Shown here piece by piece: positions 39,641 to 49,267 of a stretch of DNA of 64,000 nucleotides. The notes under the pieces were generated by a model. That model was not told the DNA's origin. It was given only the letters and a program-made list of their open reading frames with translations, and did not search any database. This DNA is from Candidatus Latescibacterota bacterium (GTDB lineage Bacteria; Latescibacterota; UBA2968), in contig OZ242311.1 of NCBI GenBank assembly GCA_965207885.1, forward strand, positions 1,056,001 to 1,120,000. The letters run 5' to 3'. The translations under genes and the position numbers were made by a program. The number at the start of each line of letters is the position of its first letter. Position 1 is the first letter of the stretch.

Positions 39641-39669
39641 TTGACACAGGATTTCTTAAGGTTTATCTT
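39641..39669 (+). promoter_or_regulatory. Sigma70 promoter of the outer-membrane cluster, giving a leader of about 310 nt
   Basis: TTGACA-17 bp-TATCTT. Confidence 0.6.
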
Positions 39670-39726
39670 TTTCAAAGGGAACTGCTGGGCACTATCAGAT
39701 AGGTGTATGGAGAGAGTTCAAGCCTG

Positions 39727-39777
39727 AAAAAAAAGAGCCGTTAGCTACCGACTTTGGCGAGACTGGAGCTAACGGCT
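39727..39777 (-). terminator. Minus-strand intrinsic terminator-like hairpin, possibly the 3' end of an antisense sRNA
   Basis: 11-bp perfect stem agccgttagct/agctaacggct with A8 on its 5' side, which reads as U8 on the minus strand. Confidence 0.55.
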
Positions 39778-39986
39778 TTGGAAAGATGTGAAGAGGCACT
39801 GTCACCTCCTCGCATATCCAGGTCAGGAAATAAAATGGGTTGTCTTTTATTGTCAAGACAAATCTTGTATTAAAGTGCTATTTGGTAAACTGTTATGCCT
39901 GTTGAAAGGAGGTGAAGCGCGGGAAGATCTAATAGTATTTTGGGGTAGTTTTCGAAGGGATTGAAGGTCTCAAAAAAGGAGGAATT

Positions 39987-40700
39987 ATGAGATACAGGAT
40001 GTTGCTCTTAGCGGGGGTCTTACTGCTGGCCTGGCCCTTTGGCGCCGTCGCGCAAGTTGGGGGGACGTGGGGTTTTGGCGTCGCTGCCAGCTACGATCTG
40101 CCGACCTTCAAATTAAACGAATGGTTTCCCTCCGGTGGTGTCAATCTCGGTGGGACGGTGCTCTACGTCCTCGACGAGCGGTGGACCGCCGAAGTGGAGG
40201 GACACTACATCAAGTACAGTGGCGGAGAACTGGAGAACCGAACATTTCTCTGGTCGATTGACAAGCAGGAGTATGCCAGCCCACAGGCCAGTTCGAAGAT
40301 GACCTGGATGGGCGGGACGATTAGCTGGCTATATCATTTTAATCAGGGGGGTAAGAAGTTGGCAGAAGGCGGGGGTGGGGCGCCCTACCTGGTGGTGGGT
40401 ACGGGGTATTTTAAATATAAGAACGAGGTCAGTGGCCTGATCTGGCCCGGTCAGCCCGCGCCGCCTCTGAACGAGAATCTGCTGCTGGAACCCGCGATTG
40501 ATCAGCACATGACGCTGGGGCTTAATGTGGGGTTGGGGGTGCAGTTTTTCACCTCCCAATCTCTGGCTATCGACTTGAGAGGACAGTATAACATCGTGTT
40601 GGGCAGTGTGCGTCCGCTGGAGGCCTGGGGAATGGAAGAGGTCTTCCCCTTTCAGAAGCTCAATGTCGGTGTGCGGTTCAAGTTCTATACCCAGCAGTAG
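39987..40700 (+). CDS. Outer-membrane beta-barrel protein (small, OmpA/OmpW-like)
   Basis: Signal peptide ending AVA, alternating amphipathic strands, PYLVVGTG, C-terminal VGVRFKF. Confidence 0.78.
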   Translation: MRYRMLLLAGVLLLAWPFGAVAQVGGTWGFGVAASYDLPTFKLNEWFPSGGVNLGGTVLYVLDERWTAEVEGHYIKYSGGELENRTFLWSIDKQEYASPQASSKMTWMGGTISWLYHFNQGGKKLAEGGGGAPYLVVGTGYFKYKNEVSGLIWPGQPAPPLNENLLLEPAIDQHMTLGLNVGLGVQFFTSQSLAIDLRGQYNIVLGSVRPLEAWGMEEVFPFQKLNVGVRFKFYTQQ

Positions 40701-40749
40701 CCCATATCTGGCAATGTCTCACGACTTTACGCGATAAGGAGGTTTTTCT

Positions 40750-43700
40750 ATGAAATACCTTTATTATTTGGTTTGCCTGTTGTTGATCGGGGTGCCGATC
40801 GCCTTCTCGCCCGCGGACGTATCGGCCGGGACGGTCGGCAAACTCAATGGTGTTGTGGCCGATGTCTCAGGCGCGCCATTACCCGGGGCCAACGTGGTGA
40901 TCCAGGGCACCCGCAGGGGTGCTACGACCGATGCAGAAGGCTACTTTCTCATCCTGTCGGTCGAACCCGGCAGGTATAAACTGGAAGCCTCGATGGTCGG
41001 TTATACCGCGGCGACCAAACAGGATGTGGTCGTGCAAGCGGATTTCACCACCACCGTCGATTTTAATCTGGTGGAGGCCGCGCTACAGGCCGAAGAACTG
41101 GTGGTGATTGCCGAGCGACCACCAGTAGAGCCGGACCGGACCTTCAGCCGTTATGTCGTCGATGCCGAGGACATCGAGAATGTGCCCCTTGCGCGCACCC
41201 TCGATGAGGTGATCGCGCTACAGCCGGGCGTGTCGCTGGACGGCAACCTCCGCATCCGGGGTAGCAACAATGCGTCTATGGCTGGCTCAAACGATACCTT
41301 TGTGGAGATTGACGGGGTTCGACTCGTCAACAATGACGGATTTGTTGCTCCCACCTGGATGGGCATCAACAAAAGCGCCCTGCAGGAAGTGCAGGTGGTC
41401 ACTGGTGGGATGGAGGCCGAGTACGGCAACGCTCAGGCAGGCGTGATCAGCCTGGTCACCAAAGAGGGCCGGGACGCCTATACGGGCTTTGGGGAATACC
41501 GCCTGGACCTGCCGGCCAAGAGGCACTGGGGACCGAATATCTACGATCATCCCTTCCACGCAGGCAAGGTGGATTGGAGTGACCCGGCCTTTACGAACGA
41601 AACCGATCCCGAGACCGGGCGCAAGGTGCATGAACGCACCGACTACACGGGCGTGTTCGGGCACTATTTGGAAGGTTCGGCCTCTGGACCGATCGCTAAG
41701 GATGTCTCCTTCTTTGTGAATGCGGCCCACAGTCGCAAGGCCCCCATCTATCCCAGCGCGCTCAACCGCGAGCCACTCAATATCCAGACTTTCGGCAACT
41801 TTGTCACCCGACCATCTTCCAACTTCAAGGTTAAGTTGGGCGGGGTGTTCGCCTATTACGAGGGTTTCGATCCCGGGACCAGAGGCAGCAGACGAATTGG
41901 AGGGTCTAATACGAGGATCGATCCCGATGATCCCTTCGCTGGCCAGCAGCTAGATACCGACGGGGGTGTGCGGGGTATCACCAGGGGCGGGCGCAATCTT
42001 TTCCTGCCCGAGGGCCACTCTGCAGCTGGCAAACAGAACTTCAGCGAAAGGATGGCGTATCTCCTCTTTACCCATACCCTATCCCCCACGACCTTTTATG
42101 AGGTGCGTCTCAACTGGCAGCAAACCCTGACCGATACCAGCGATGTGCCTCCTGTGACCGAAGGTGTGCGACGCGACAGCAAGGGGTACTTCCTGCCGAG
42201 GGATATCTACTCCTTTAAGTATATGGATAACAAGCGGGTGCGCATCAAAGCCGATCTGAGCAGCCAGATCACCAAGGGACACTTTGTCAAAACCGGGTTT
42301 GAGATCACCCGCTACGGCCTCTACCACCACGAGGAGGGCTCCCGTCAGGCCCGCGCTTTTACGATCCGTCTTGCCGGCGGTCCGGGCGACCCGATCATCG
42401 GTATGGAGCGGGCCCATCCCATCCAGTACGGGGTCTATATCCAGGACAAGATGGAGTTTGAGGGCCTGGTGATCAACGCCGGTATCCGGTTCGACGCAAT
42501 GGACCCGGTAGAGGGCTGGCGCAATATCGCCACGCTCTGGATGTTCAGACACTACGAATCCCTGACGCGCTTTCGGAATATGCCCGTAACCGAAGACCTC
42601 CCCCTTTTGCACGCATGGAGTCCCAGGGTTGGAGTCTCTCACCCCATCACCGATCGCTCCACCATCCGGTTCTTCACTGGCGTCTTCCGGCAATTTCCCG
42701 ATATCCAGAATTTTTACCAGCGGGAATTCGGGGGGACAGGAGAGGACAGGGATGTGAACGGGAACGGACAGATCGATCAGATGGAGAAGTACAACAGCCT
42801 GAAGCAGTTCCACCACGCGGTCTCCGGGATGTCCGACATCGAGCCGGAAAAATCAACCAGTTTCGAGGCCGGGTTTGACTGGAACTTCGCCGGTAAATAC
42901 GTTGCCAGTGTCACCGCCTTTTACAGGGATCAGATGGGGATTATCACCAATGGCTCCACCTCCTGGCGCCTGGAGGAACCAGCTTTCGGGTACGACGGCG
43001 TCTCTTCAAGGGGATCCGGCAACCGGGGGCGGAAGTGGTCCCGGGGGTTCGAGGTCTCTCTGCGAAAGCAGTTCAGCAACATGGTCACGTTCAACGTGGC
43101 GTATAATCTTGCATGGACAAAAAATATGAATAACTCCGGCTTTCGGAACTGGCGAGCCTACCATGTGGTCGGGCCCTCATACGTCATGAGTGACCGATAC
43201 TTCGTGGGTGTGGATGCGCGGGCGGACGGGCAGGAGGTTCCTCACGCACCCACTCAGGAAGAGCGGGTGCAACTGGCCGAAAGGGCCAGGGCACAACTCA
43301 GGGATTACGATAGCCGAATCGGCGAGCCTCTGTCCGATGGCTACTGGAACGCCCCGGTGGAGATACTCGAGCCTGGGATTTATGCCTATACCATCGGCCG
43401 GTACAATACGCCGACATTGCAAAGCGGTATCGACCGGCGCAACATCCTCAGCGGGCAATTTCTTTTTTCCAGTCCCTCTGATTTTCACATTGCGCCCCTG
43501 GCCAGTCTTCGGATATCGTTGCTCTACCGGCTCCATACCGGTATTCCCTTCAATTATACGCCTCCCACAGGTCCCCAGGAACGACGGACCGGACCGATCT
43601 CTCTGGTTAGCGATATCAACCTGGAGAAGGAATTCTACATTGGTGGTGCTATGACAGCCACCGCTTTCCTGGAGATCCACAACCTCTGGAACGACAAGGC

Positions 43701-43863
43701 CGACATGACGACCGGTTTCGATTGGATACAGTGGGGGAAGCAGATGCCAGACCCGGACAACGGCACCTACTTGAAGTATGGGGATGGCGATATAGACCGT
43801 TACGACCAGGGACTGGGGCGATATCCCCGCAACTGGGTGGTCGGCGCACGCCTGAAGTTTTGA
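40750..43863 (+). CDS. TonB-dependent receptor with an N-terminal carboxypeptidase-regulatory-like domain
   Basis: Signal peptide; PLPGANVVI, LQPGV, IRG, GGMEAEYGNA, SPRVGVSHPI and EPEKS motifs; terminal Phe. Confidence 0.92.
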   Translation: MKYLYYLVCLLLIGVPIAFSPADVSAGTVGKLNGVVADVSGAPLPGANVVIQGTRRGATTDAEGYFLILSVEPGRYKLEASMVGYTAATKQDVVVQADFTTTVDFNLVEAALQAEELVVIAERPPVEPDRTFSRYVVDAEDIENVPLARTLDEVIALQPGVSLDGNLRIRGSNNASMAGSNDTFVEIDGVRLVNNDGFVAPTWMGINKSALQEVQVVTGGMEAEYGNAQAGVISLVTKEGRDAYTGFGEYRLDLPAKRHWGPNIYDHPFHAGKVDWSDPAFTNETDPETGRKVHERTDYTGVFGHYLEGSASGPIAKDVSFFVNAAHSRKAPIYPSALNREPLNIQTFGNFVTRPSSNFKVKLGGVFAYYEGFDPGTRGSRRIGGSNTRIDPDDPFAGQQLDTDGGVRGITRGGRNLFLPEGHSAAGKQNFSERMAYLLFTHTLSPTTFYEVRLNWQQTLTDTSDVPPVTEGVRRDSKGYFLPRDIYSFKYMDNKRVRIKADLSSQITKGHFVKTGFEITRYGLYHHEEGSRQARAFTIRLAGGPGDPIIGMERAHPIQYGVYIQDKMEFEGLVINAGIRFDAMDPVEGWRNIATLWMFRHYESLTRFRNMPVTEDLPLLHAWSPRVGVSHPITDRSTIRFFTGVFRQFPDIQNFYQREFGGTGEDRDVNGNGQIDQMEKYNSLKQFHHAVSGMSDIEPEKSTSFEAGFDWNFAGKYVASVTAFYRDQMGIITNGSTSWRLEEPAFGYDGVSSRGSGNRGRKWSRGFEVSLRKQFSNMVTFNVAYNLAWTKNMNNSGFRNWRAYHVVGPSYVMSDRYFVGVDARADGQEVPHAPTQEERVQLAERARAQLRDYDSRIGEPLSDGYWNAPVEILEPGIYAYTIGRYNTPTLQSGIDRRNILSGQFLFSSPSDFHIAPLASLRISLLYRLHTGIPFNYTPPTGPQERRTGPISLVSDINLEKEFYIGGAMTATAFLEIHNLWNDKADMTTGFDWIQWGKQMPDPDNGTYLKYGDGDIDRYDQGLGRYPRNWVVGARLKF

Positions 43864-43890
43864 CCTTGAATATACACTGGAGGAATTTCA

Positions 43891-46069
43891 ATGTCCTTAT
43901 CTCTGATAAAGAAATGGCTTGGGGTGGGCCTGCTGGCGCTGGCGCTACTGCTGTCGGGCGCCCTGACCGCTTCGGCCCAGCTCGATTACTACGCCAGCCG
44001 CATGATGACGCGCTCGCTTGTGTGGGAGACCTTCATCCGGCAATGGCGTGCTGGTACTCACGAATGTGGATGGAGAGAAGCACGTCTCCTGGACCGGTCC
44101 GCGCCACCCCTCGGAGGATGTGTTCCCGATGATCTACGACATCCTGAACGGCCCAGAGGCCAATTGGGGCATCCGCACGGTCGTGCCCTTCAGGGGGATC
44201 AAGACCGGTCTGGAAATGTCCAACTGGTATCCCGGCGCAACGCCCAAGTCGGGCGATGCCACGGCTGCCGAACCCTACGAGATTCACAATTACGACTACC
44301 ATATCTATCCACCTGTGCAGGACGCGCCTGAGGAGATTCACATCACGCAGACGCGGTTCAAGCACAACATCGTGATGACGCGCAAGATATACGCCTGGAG
44401 CCACCAGGACTTCGACGACTTCATTATCGTGGATGTCGAGTTCGAGAACCGGGGCGATAAACAGCTCAATGACACCTACTTCGGCTTCAATAACACCCTC
44501 TACGTCAACTCCACCGGTACCTCTTACCGGTGGGGGCACGAAGGGGGGATGATCCGATACAACAGGTCGGGTGGGCTGGACGATTTCTTCCGTTTCTCGG
44601 GATCTCCCGGCTTCCAGCCCAATTCCCTCAGCGGCTTGACCGCTGCGGACTTCGCCGGCAAATACATCACCTATGTATATGACGGGAATACCACCAATAG
44701 CTTTGAGGAAGACACGGGAGATCCATTTGATTCCGATCTTGAAAATCCCGGTGGTTCCTTCCCGGCCAGCGGAGACCGACCGAAAGGCACACCGATCGCG
44801 CCAGAATACGCCGGGTTTGCACCTCTGGCGTTTCGCAATTCCGGTTCCAGCCACGTTTTCAACGCGAACGATCTGGCACAGGGCTATGTGGATCCGAAGA
44901 GCGACCAGGTTTTGGGGCATTGGTTCAGGGCACACGGGCTTGATAATATCGATGATCCCATCGGCAAGGGCGTCGGTATGGCCGAGCTCTACGACATTTA
45001 CACGGCTCCCTCGATGGCCGATCCCCCTGCAGAGGGGGTCGTCTGGTCCGACCAGATCTACGGTCCCTACGACCTGGCACCCGGAGATAAGGCCAAGATC
45101 GTGGTCGCCTACGTCTTTGGCCACGCCGGGGACATAGAAGAGAGCAATGTCGATTCCAGGACCGGTTTTGCAAGGGACCAGATGAGTTGGGCATTCGGGG
45201 TGGGGGAAAGGGGCCTGAATGACGATGCCCGCAAGCAGGTGCTTGCCCAGGGTGAAAAGGCCCTCCTGCAGAACCTGTCTCACGCCCAGTTCGCATACGA
45301 CAGCGGCTTCCGCATTCCCAACTCTCCTCCGGACGTGGACTTCCAGGCGGGAAATAACCAGGATGCCAACATCGAGATCTCGTGGACTGACGCCGCTGAA
45401 AAGGCAATCAATCCCGAATATGGGACGGCCGATGTTGTGGCCTACCGGATCTACCGATCTACCTTCCAGGAATACGGTCCGTGGGAACTGGTGGAAGAGA
45501 TTCCCGCCACCAGTGCCGGAACGTATAAGTATGTCGATACGAACTCTCTGGCTGGCTTTCGCTATATCTACAATGTCCGCGCCGTTGCTTCCCCCAAGCA
45601 GGACTGGAACGAAGGGTCAGTGACCCTGGCCGATCTGCCTCCGAAAGTCCGGGAACACCTCACCGTGAGCGGACTGGAGGGCGGCTACTCCGCGCCGGAG
45701 ACAAAGGTCAATGTGCCGCTGCGCCCCAAGATGGCCAGTAGCACATTGAGCGACAATCTGGAACGACAGGTGCGGGTGGTGCCCAACCCGTTCAGCGTGA
45801 CTCTGGACGGCCAGAGTTACCAGGGTGCCGAGAGCCTGCGGTTTGTGGGATTACCCCACAAGTGTACGATCCGCATCTTTTCGGTATCGGGCGATATGGT
45901 AGCGATAATCAGACACGACAACCCGCTTCTCGGCGAGACCAATTGGGAGTTAAAGGATCGGTTCCTCAGTGGAGAGGTCATTTCCGGACTGTACTATTTT
46001 GTCGTGGAATCCGAAGTACAGGAGAGCATGGGCAAGCTGTCTCGAGGAGCCTTTATCCTGCACAAGTAG
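43891..46069 (+). CDS. Large secreted protein with an FN3-like domain and T9SS-CTD/FlgD-Ig-like C-terminus, split by a frameshift near 44030
   Basis: Frame 1 from 43891 (GGAGG RBS) gives a signal peptide; frame 2 (44018-46069) carries the body, ISW...AYRIYRS...YVD and VVPNPF...IRIFSVSGD...W...SGLYYF tail. Confidence 0.75.
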
Positions 46070-46097
46070 CTGTTTTAAATAAAGGATGGTTTCAACT

Positions 46098-47081
46098 ATG
46101 AAAAGAATTCTCTTCTTTGTGATCGCGATTGTCGTCTGCGGCACGCTGGGGGCGGAGGCACAGCAAGAGTTGGATGTGCCGCACCTGTTTAATGACAAGG
46201 TTACCGGAGCTTTTGAAAAGCAAGGGCCGAGTACGCTCGCCTTCCTGAAGGTCACACCCAGTGCCCGTATTGCGGCAATGGGCGATGCCTATACCTCTGT
46301 TGCTGAGGGCATGGATGCGATCTATTTGAATCCGGCCGGTATCACCTCGGTGCGGCGGTTGGGTTATTCCTTCGGATATGTGCAGTGGCTGGTAGATTCC
46401 AGGTTCTACTCTGGCGCTGTTGCCCTCAATGTCGGGTGGAACGCTGTGCTGGGCATTTCCGTGGTCAATCACCAACCTCCAGAGATCGAACGGACCACCA
46501 TCCTGGAGCCCAATGGCACAGGAGAAATGCTGGATGTAGGCGACTACGCCCTGGGTGTGATTTTTGCCCGTCAGTTGACCGACAAGCTCTCTGCGGCTGC
46601 CAAGTTCTCATTCGTACAGTCCAATCTTGGCCCGGAAAAGCTGGGCGGGACCTCGCTGAGCCTCTACACGTTGCTGCACACTGGCTACCGCAGCCTGCGC
46701 ATCGGCATGGGCATCAACAACCTGGGCAACGAGATGAAGATCCACAGCGACCCCGCGGAATTTCCAGTGGTGTTCAACCTGGGCACCTCGATGGAGGTCG
46801 TCGGCGAGTTGGGCGACCCGATGTCGTTGACCGCCTCCTTTGAGGGGGCCTACTTCACCGACCGCGACCAGCGCTATAATCTGGGCGGCGAGTTGTGGTT
46901 GAAGAATATCGTCGCGCTGCGCGCTGGCTATAAGTTTGACTACGATGCAGAATCGTGGACCGTCGGCGCAGGGCTGAAGGGCACCTTCTCAGGTCGAAAT
47001 ATTCGGCTGGACATCGCCTACTCCAATTTCGGCAAATATTTCGATGCCCCGATCCGTCTGAGTTTTTCCGGCTCGCTGTAA
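46098..47081 (+). CDS. PorV/PorQ-family outer-membrane beta-barrel
   Basis: FLKVTPSARIAAMGDA, YLNPAG, ALRAGY and DIAY motifs; signal peptide; about 330 aa. Confidence 0.82.
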   Translation: MKRILFFVIAIVVCGTLGAEAQQELDVPHLFNDKVTGAFEKQGPSTLAFLKVTPSARIAAMGDAYTSVAEGMDAIYLNPAGITSVRRLGYSFGYVQWLVDSRFYSGAVALNVGWNAVLGISVVNHQPPEIERTTILEPNGTGEMLDVGDYALGVIFARQLTDKLSAAAKFSFVQSNLGPEKLGGTSLSLYTLLHTGYRSLRIGMGINNLGNEMKIHSDPAEFPVVFNLGTSMEVVGELGDPMSLTASFEGAYFTDRDQRYNLGGELWLKNIVALRAGYKFDYDAESWTVGAGLKGTFSGRNIRLDIAYSNFGKYFDAPIRLSFSGSL

Positions 47082-47105
47082 CCGCCAGACTGAAAACGCG
47101 AAATC

Positions 47106-47137
47106 CCCTCGGCTTCCCTTTTAGGCGGAGCCGAGGG
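47106..47137. other. GC-rich hairpin after the PorV-like gene (terminator or mRNA stabiliser)
   Basis: ccctcggcttc-N10-ggagccgaggg, with no plus-strand U-tract. Confidence 0.5.
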
Positions 47138-47226
47138 AACCTCAAGTGGCGCAAAGTTTACCCGACTGGATTTTTTCGGTTCGAATGGGGGGCTTTTGCG
47201 CCATTGCGATTTTTTTAACAGATTCC

Positions 47227-49239
47227 ATGCCAGATTCTTCAGCTCTTGACACCAAGGCCAGCCAGGCTCCCGAGAAGGCGCCCGCCCGCATCACCCTCCG
47301 CTCCGTTCTCCTGAGCGCGGCCACTGTCGTAATTCTCAACATCTATGCCGACTATGCCGGCATGGTCATGGGCTCCTTTTCCCTGAATAAGTCCCAGTTT
47401 CCAATGGCGATGCTTATCCCGTTTGGTCTTTGGCTCTTCGTCAACCTGGGCCTGAAGGCCTTTTTCCCCCGAGCGGCGTTGAGCGGCACCGAACTCCTGG
47501 TGATCTACAGCATGTCCTGGATCGCCGGAAATATCCCCTTCGAGGGTTTTACCGGCTACTGGGCGAGCACCCTTGCCGCTCCCACCTACTTTGCCTCCCC
47601 CGAGAACCGTTGGGAAGAGGCGTTCTTCGACGCCCTGCCCTGGTGGTATATGCCCGATGCGTCTCCGGCTGTTATCCGGCCCTATTACGACGGCCTTGCG
47701 CCCGAGACACCCGTGCCCTGGATCGGGTGGGTCAGACCCCTCTTTTGGGGTACGGCGGTCCCCGTCGCCGTGCTCACAGCCGGCATCTGCGCGTTTATTA
47801 TCCTCCAGCGCCAGTGGGAGGATGCCGAGCGGTTGACCTATCCGCTTGCGCAATTTGCCGTGGAGTTGACGTCGGGATTCGACGAGCCGGGACGGGTACC
47901 CCGCCTCTTCCGCGATGGCGTCTTCTGGGCGGGCTTTTTTCTGGTATTTGGTATCTTTCTCTGGAATATCGTGGGTTACTTCGCGGTCGTATTGCCCGAA
48001 ATCACCGTTTTTGGATTCTACCTGACCAAGGCGGTGCATGTAAGCAGGGACTTTCCTCCGGTCTATCTCCGCGTCCTGCCCACGGTGATCGGGCTTACCT
48101 ACTTCTGCAACCTGGATATCCTGCTCAGCCTCTGGGCATTCCGCTTGCTGGCGATTTTCAAATTGGGAATCATGAACCGCACTGGCTTCGGTATTGGACT
48201 GTCCGGACAGCAGGCTCCTCCCAGTGGAATCCTCGACCTGGAGGGCTACGGCGCAATGGTCCTGTTGGCGCTCTGGTCGGTCTGGGTCGCGCGGGGCCAT
48301 CTGCAGCGGGTCTGGCGCACCGCACTCGGGGACGTGGGTGCTGTGAAGGACGAGGGGACCGCGTCCTATCGGATTGCCCTGCTCGGGTTCGGGATTTCTA
48401 CCGTCTTCATCATCGGCTTGATGCACGCCTTCGGCATATCGCTCCCAATGGCTATCGCCCACACTCTAATGCTCTACATCGCCTACCTGACCGTTGCTAA
48501 GTTCACGGCCGCCAGCGGGTTTACCCATCTCTTTCCGGTGGCTGTAAAAGGGGGACCTATGCTGGAGACTCTGGTCGGCACCGCGAACCTCTCTCGGGGG
48601 GACCTCGTCGGCATCGGCATGGTCAACACGGGCGCGTTCTTCGGCAATCTCCGCATCCCGGCCTGGCCGGCGCTGCCACACCACTTCAAGCTCCTCAGCA
48701 GCCTCACCCGCAGGCGATCGCTCGTCGTCTGGCTCGCTCTGCTGGCGTTTCTCGCGGGTCTGTTCGCCTCCTTCTTCTTCGTGATCTACCTGCCCTATAT
48801 CTACGGTGGACAGAACCTGCACAAAGGACCTTTTAACCCGGAGGGATCACTGGTCGCTCCGTACAACAGGCTGGCGGCGAAAGTCCTGGAGAGCGATCTT
48901 ACCGTCTTCGACCCCGCCAAGGTGGGCGTTTGTCTTTTTGGCGCCCTGGAGGTTCTGCTCATGATATTGTTGCGCAACCGCCTGCCCTGGTGGCCCCTTC
49001 ATCCCCTCGGCCTGGCCTTCCAGAATACCACAGGTCCCCGGATCTACGCTTTCTCCATCTTCTTGACCTGGGCTGCCAAGAGCCTGATTATGCGCATCGG
49101 GGGCATTGGTCTGTATCGCCGCGCCGCTCCTTTTTTTATCGGTCTCCCGATAGGCTACGTCGCAGGGGTCTTTCTCTCCTCCCTTGTTGACTATATCTGG
49201 TTCCCCCTCGGAGACGGGCATTATGTTCACGGCTGGTAA
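47227..49239 (+). CDS. DUF6785/DUF6784-type membrane protein, paralog 3
   Basis: YFASPENRW, RQWEDAERLTYP and WWPLHPLG motifs; clearly alignable to paralog 1. Start codon uncertain. Confidence 0.78.
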   Translation: MPDSSALDTKASQAPEKAPARITLRSVLLSAATVVILNIYADYAGMVMGSFSLNKSQFPMAMLIPFGLWLFVNLGLKAFFPRAALSGTELLVIYSMSWIAGNIPFEGFTGYWASTLAAPTYFASPENRWEEAFFDALPWWYMPDASPAVIRPYYDGLAPETPVPWIGWVRPLFWGTAVPVAVLTAGICAFIILQRQWEDAERLTYPLAQFAVELTSGFDEPGRVPRLFRDGVFWAGFFLVFGIFLWNIVGYFAVVLPEITVFGFYLTKAVHVSRDFPPVYLRVLPTVIGLTYFCNLDILLSLWAFRLLAIFKLGIMNRTGFGIGLSGQQAPPSGILDLEGYGAMVLLALWSVWVARGHLQRVWRTALGDVGAVKDEGTASYRIALLGFGISTVFIIGLMHAFGISLPMAIAHTLMLYIAYLTVAKFTAASGFTHLFPVAVKGGPMLETLVGTANLSRGDLVGIGMVNTGAFFGNLRIPAWPALPHHFKLLSSLTRRRSLVVWLALLAFLAGLFASFFFVIYLPYIYGGQNLHKGPFNPEGSLVAPYNRLAAKVLESDLTVFDPAKVGVCLFGALEVLLMILLRNRLPWWPLHPLGLAFQNTTGPRIYAFSIFLTWAAKSLIMRIGGIGLYRRAAPFFIGLPIGYVAGVFLSSLVDYIWFPLGDGHYVHGW

Positions 49240-49267
49240 GTTGGAATTTTCAAACGGAGAAAACACA

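Noticed and set aside
39727-39820. Known riboswitch or type I toxin locus
   Set aside because: No riboswitch consensus recognised by eye, and no hydrophobic 25-50 aa ORF; kept only as an unassigned structured RNA candidate.
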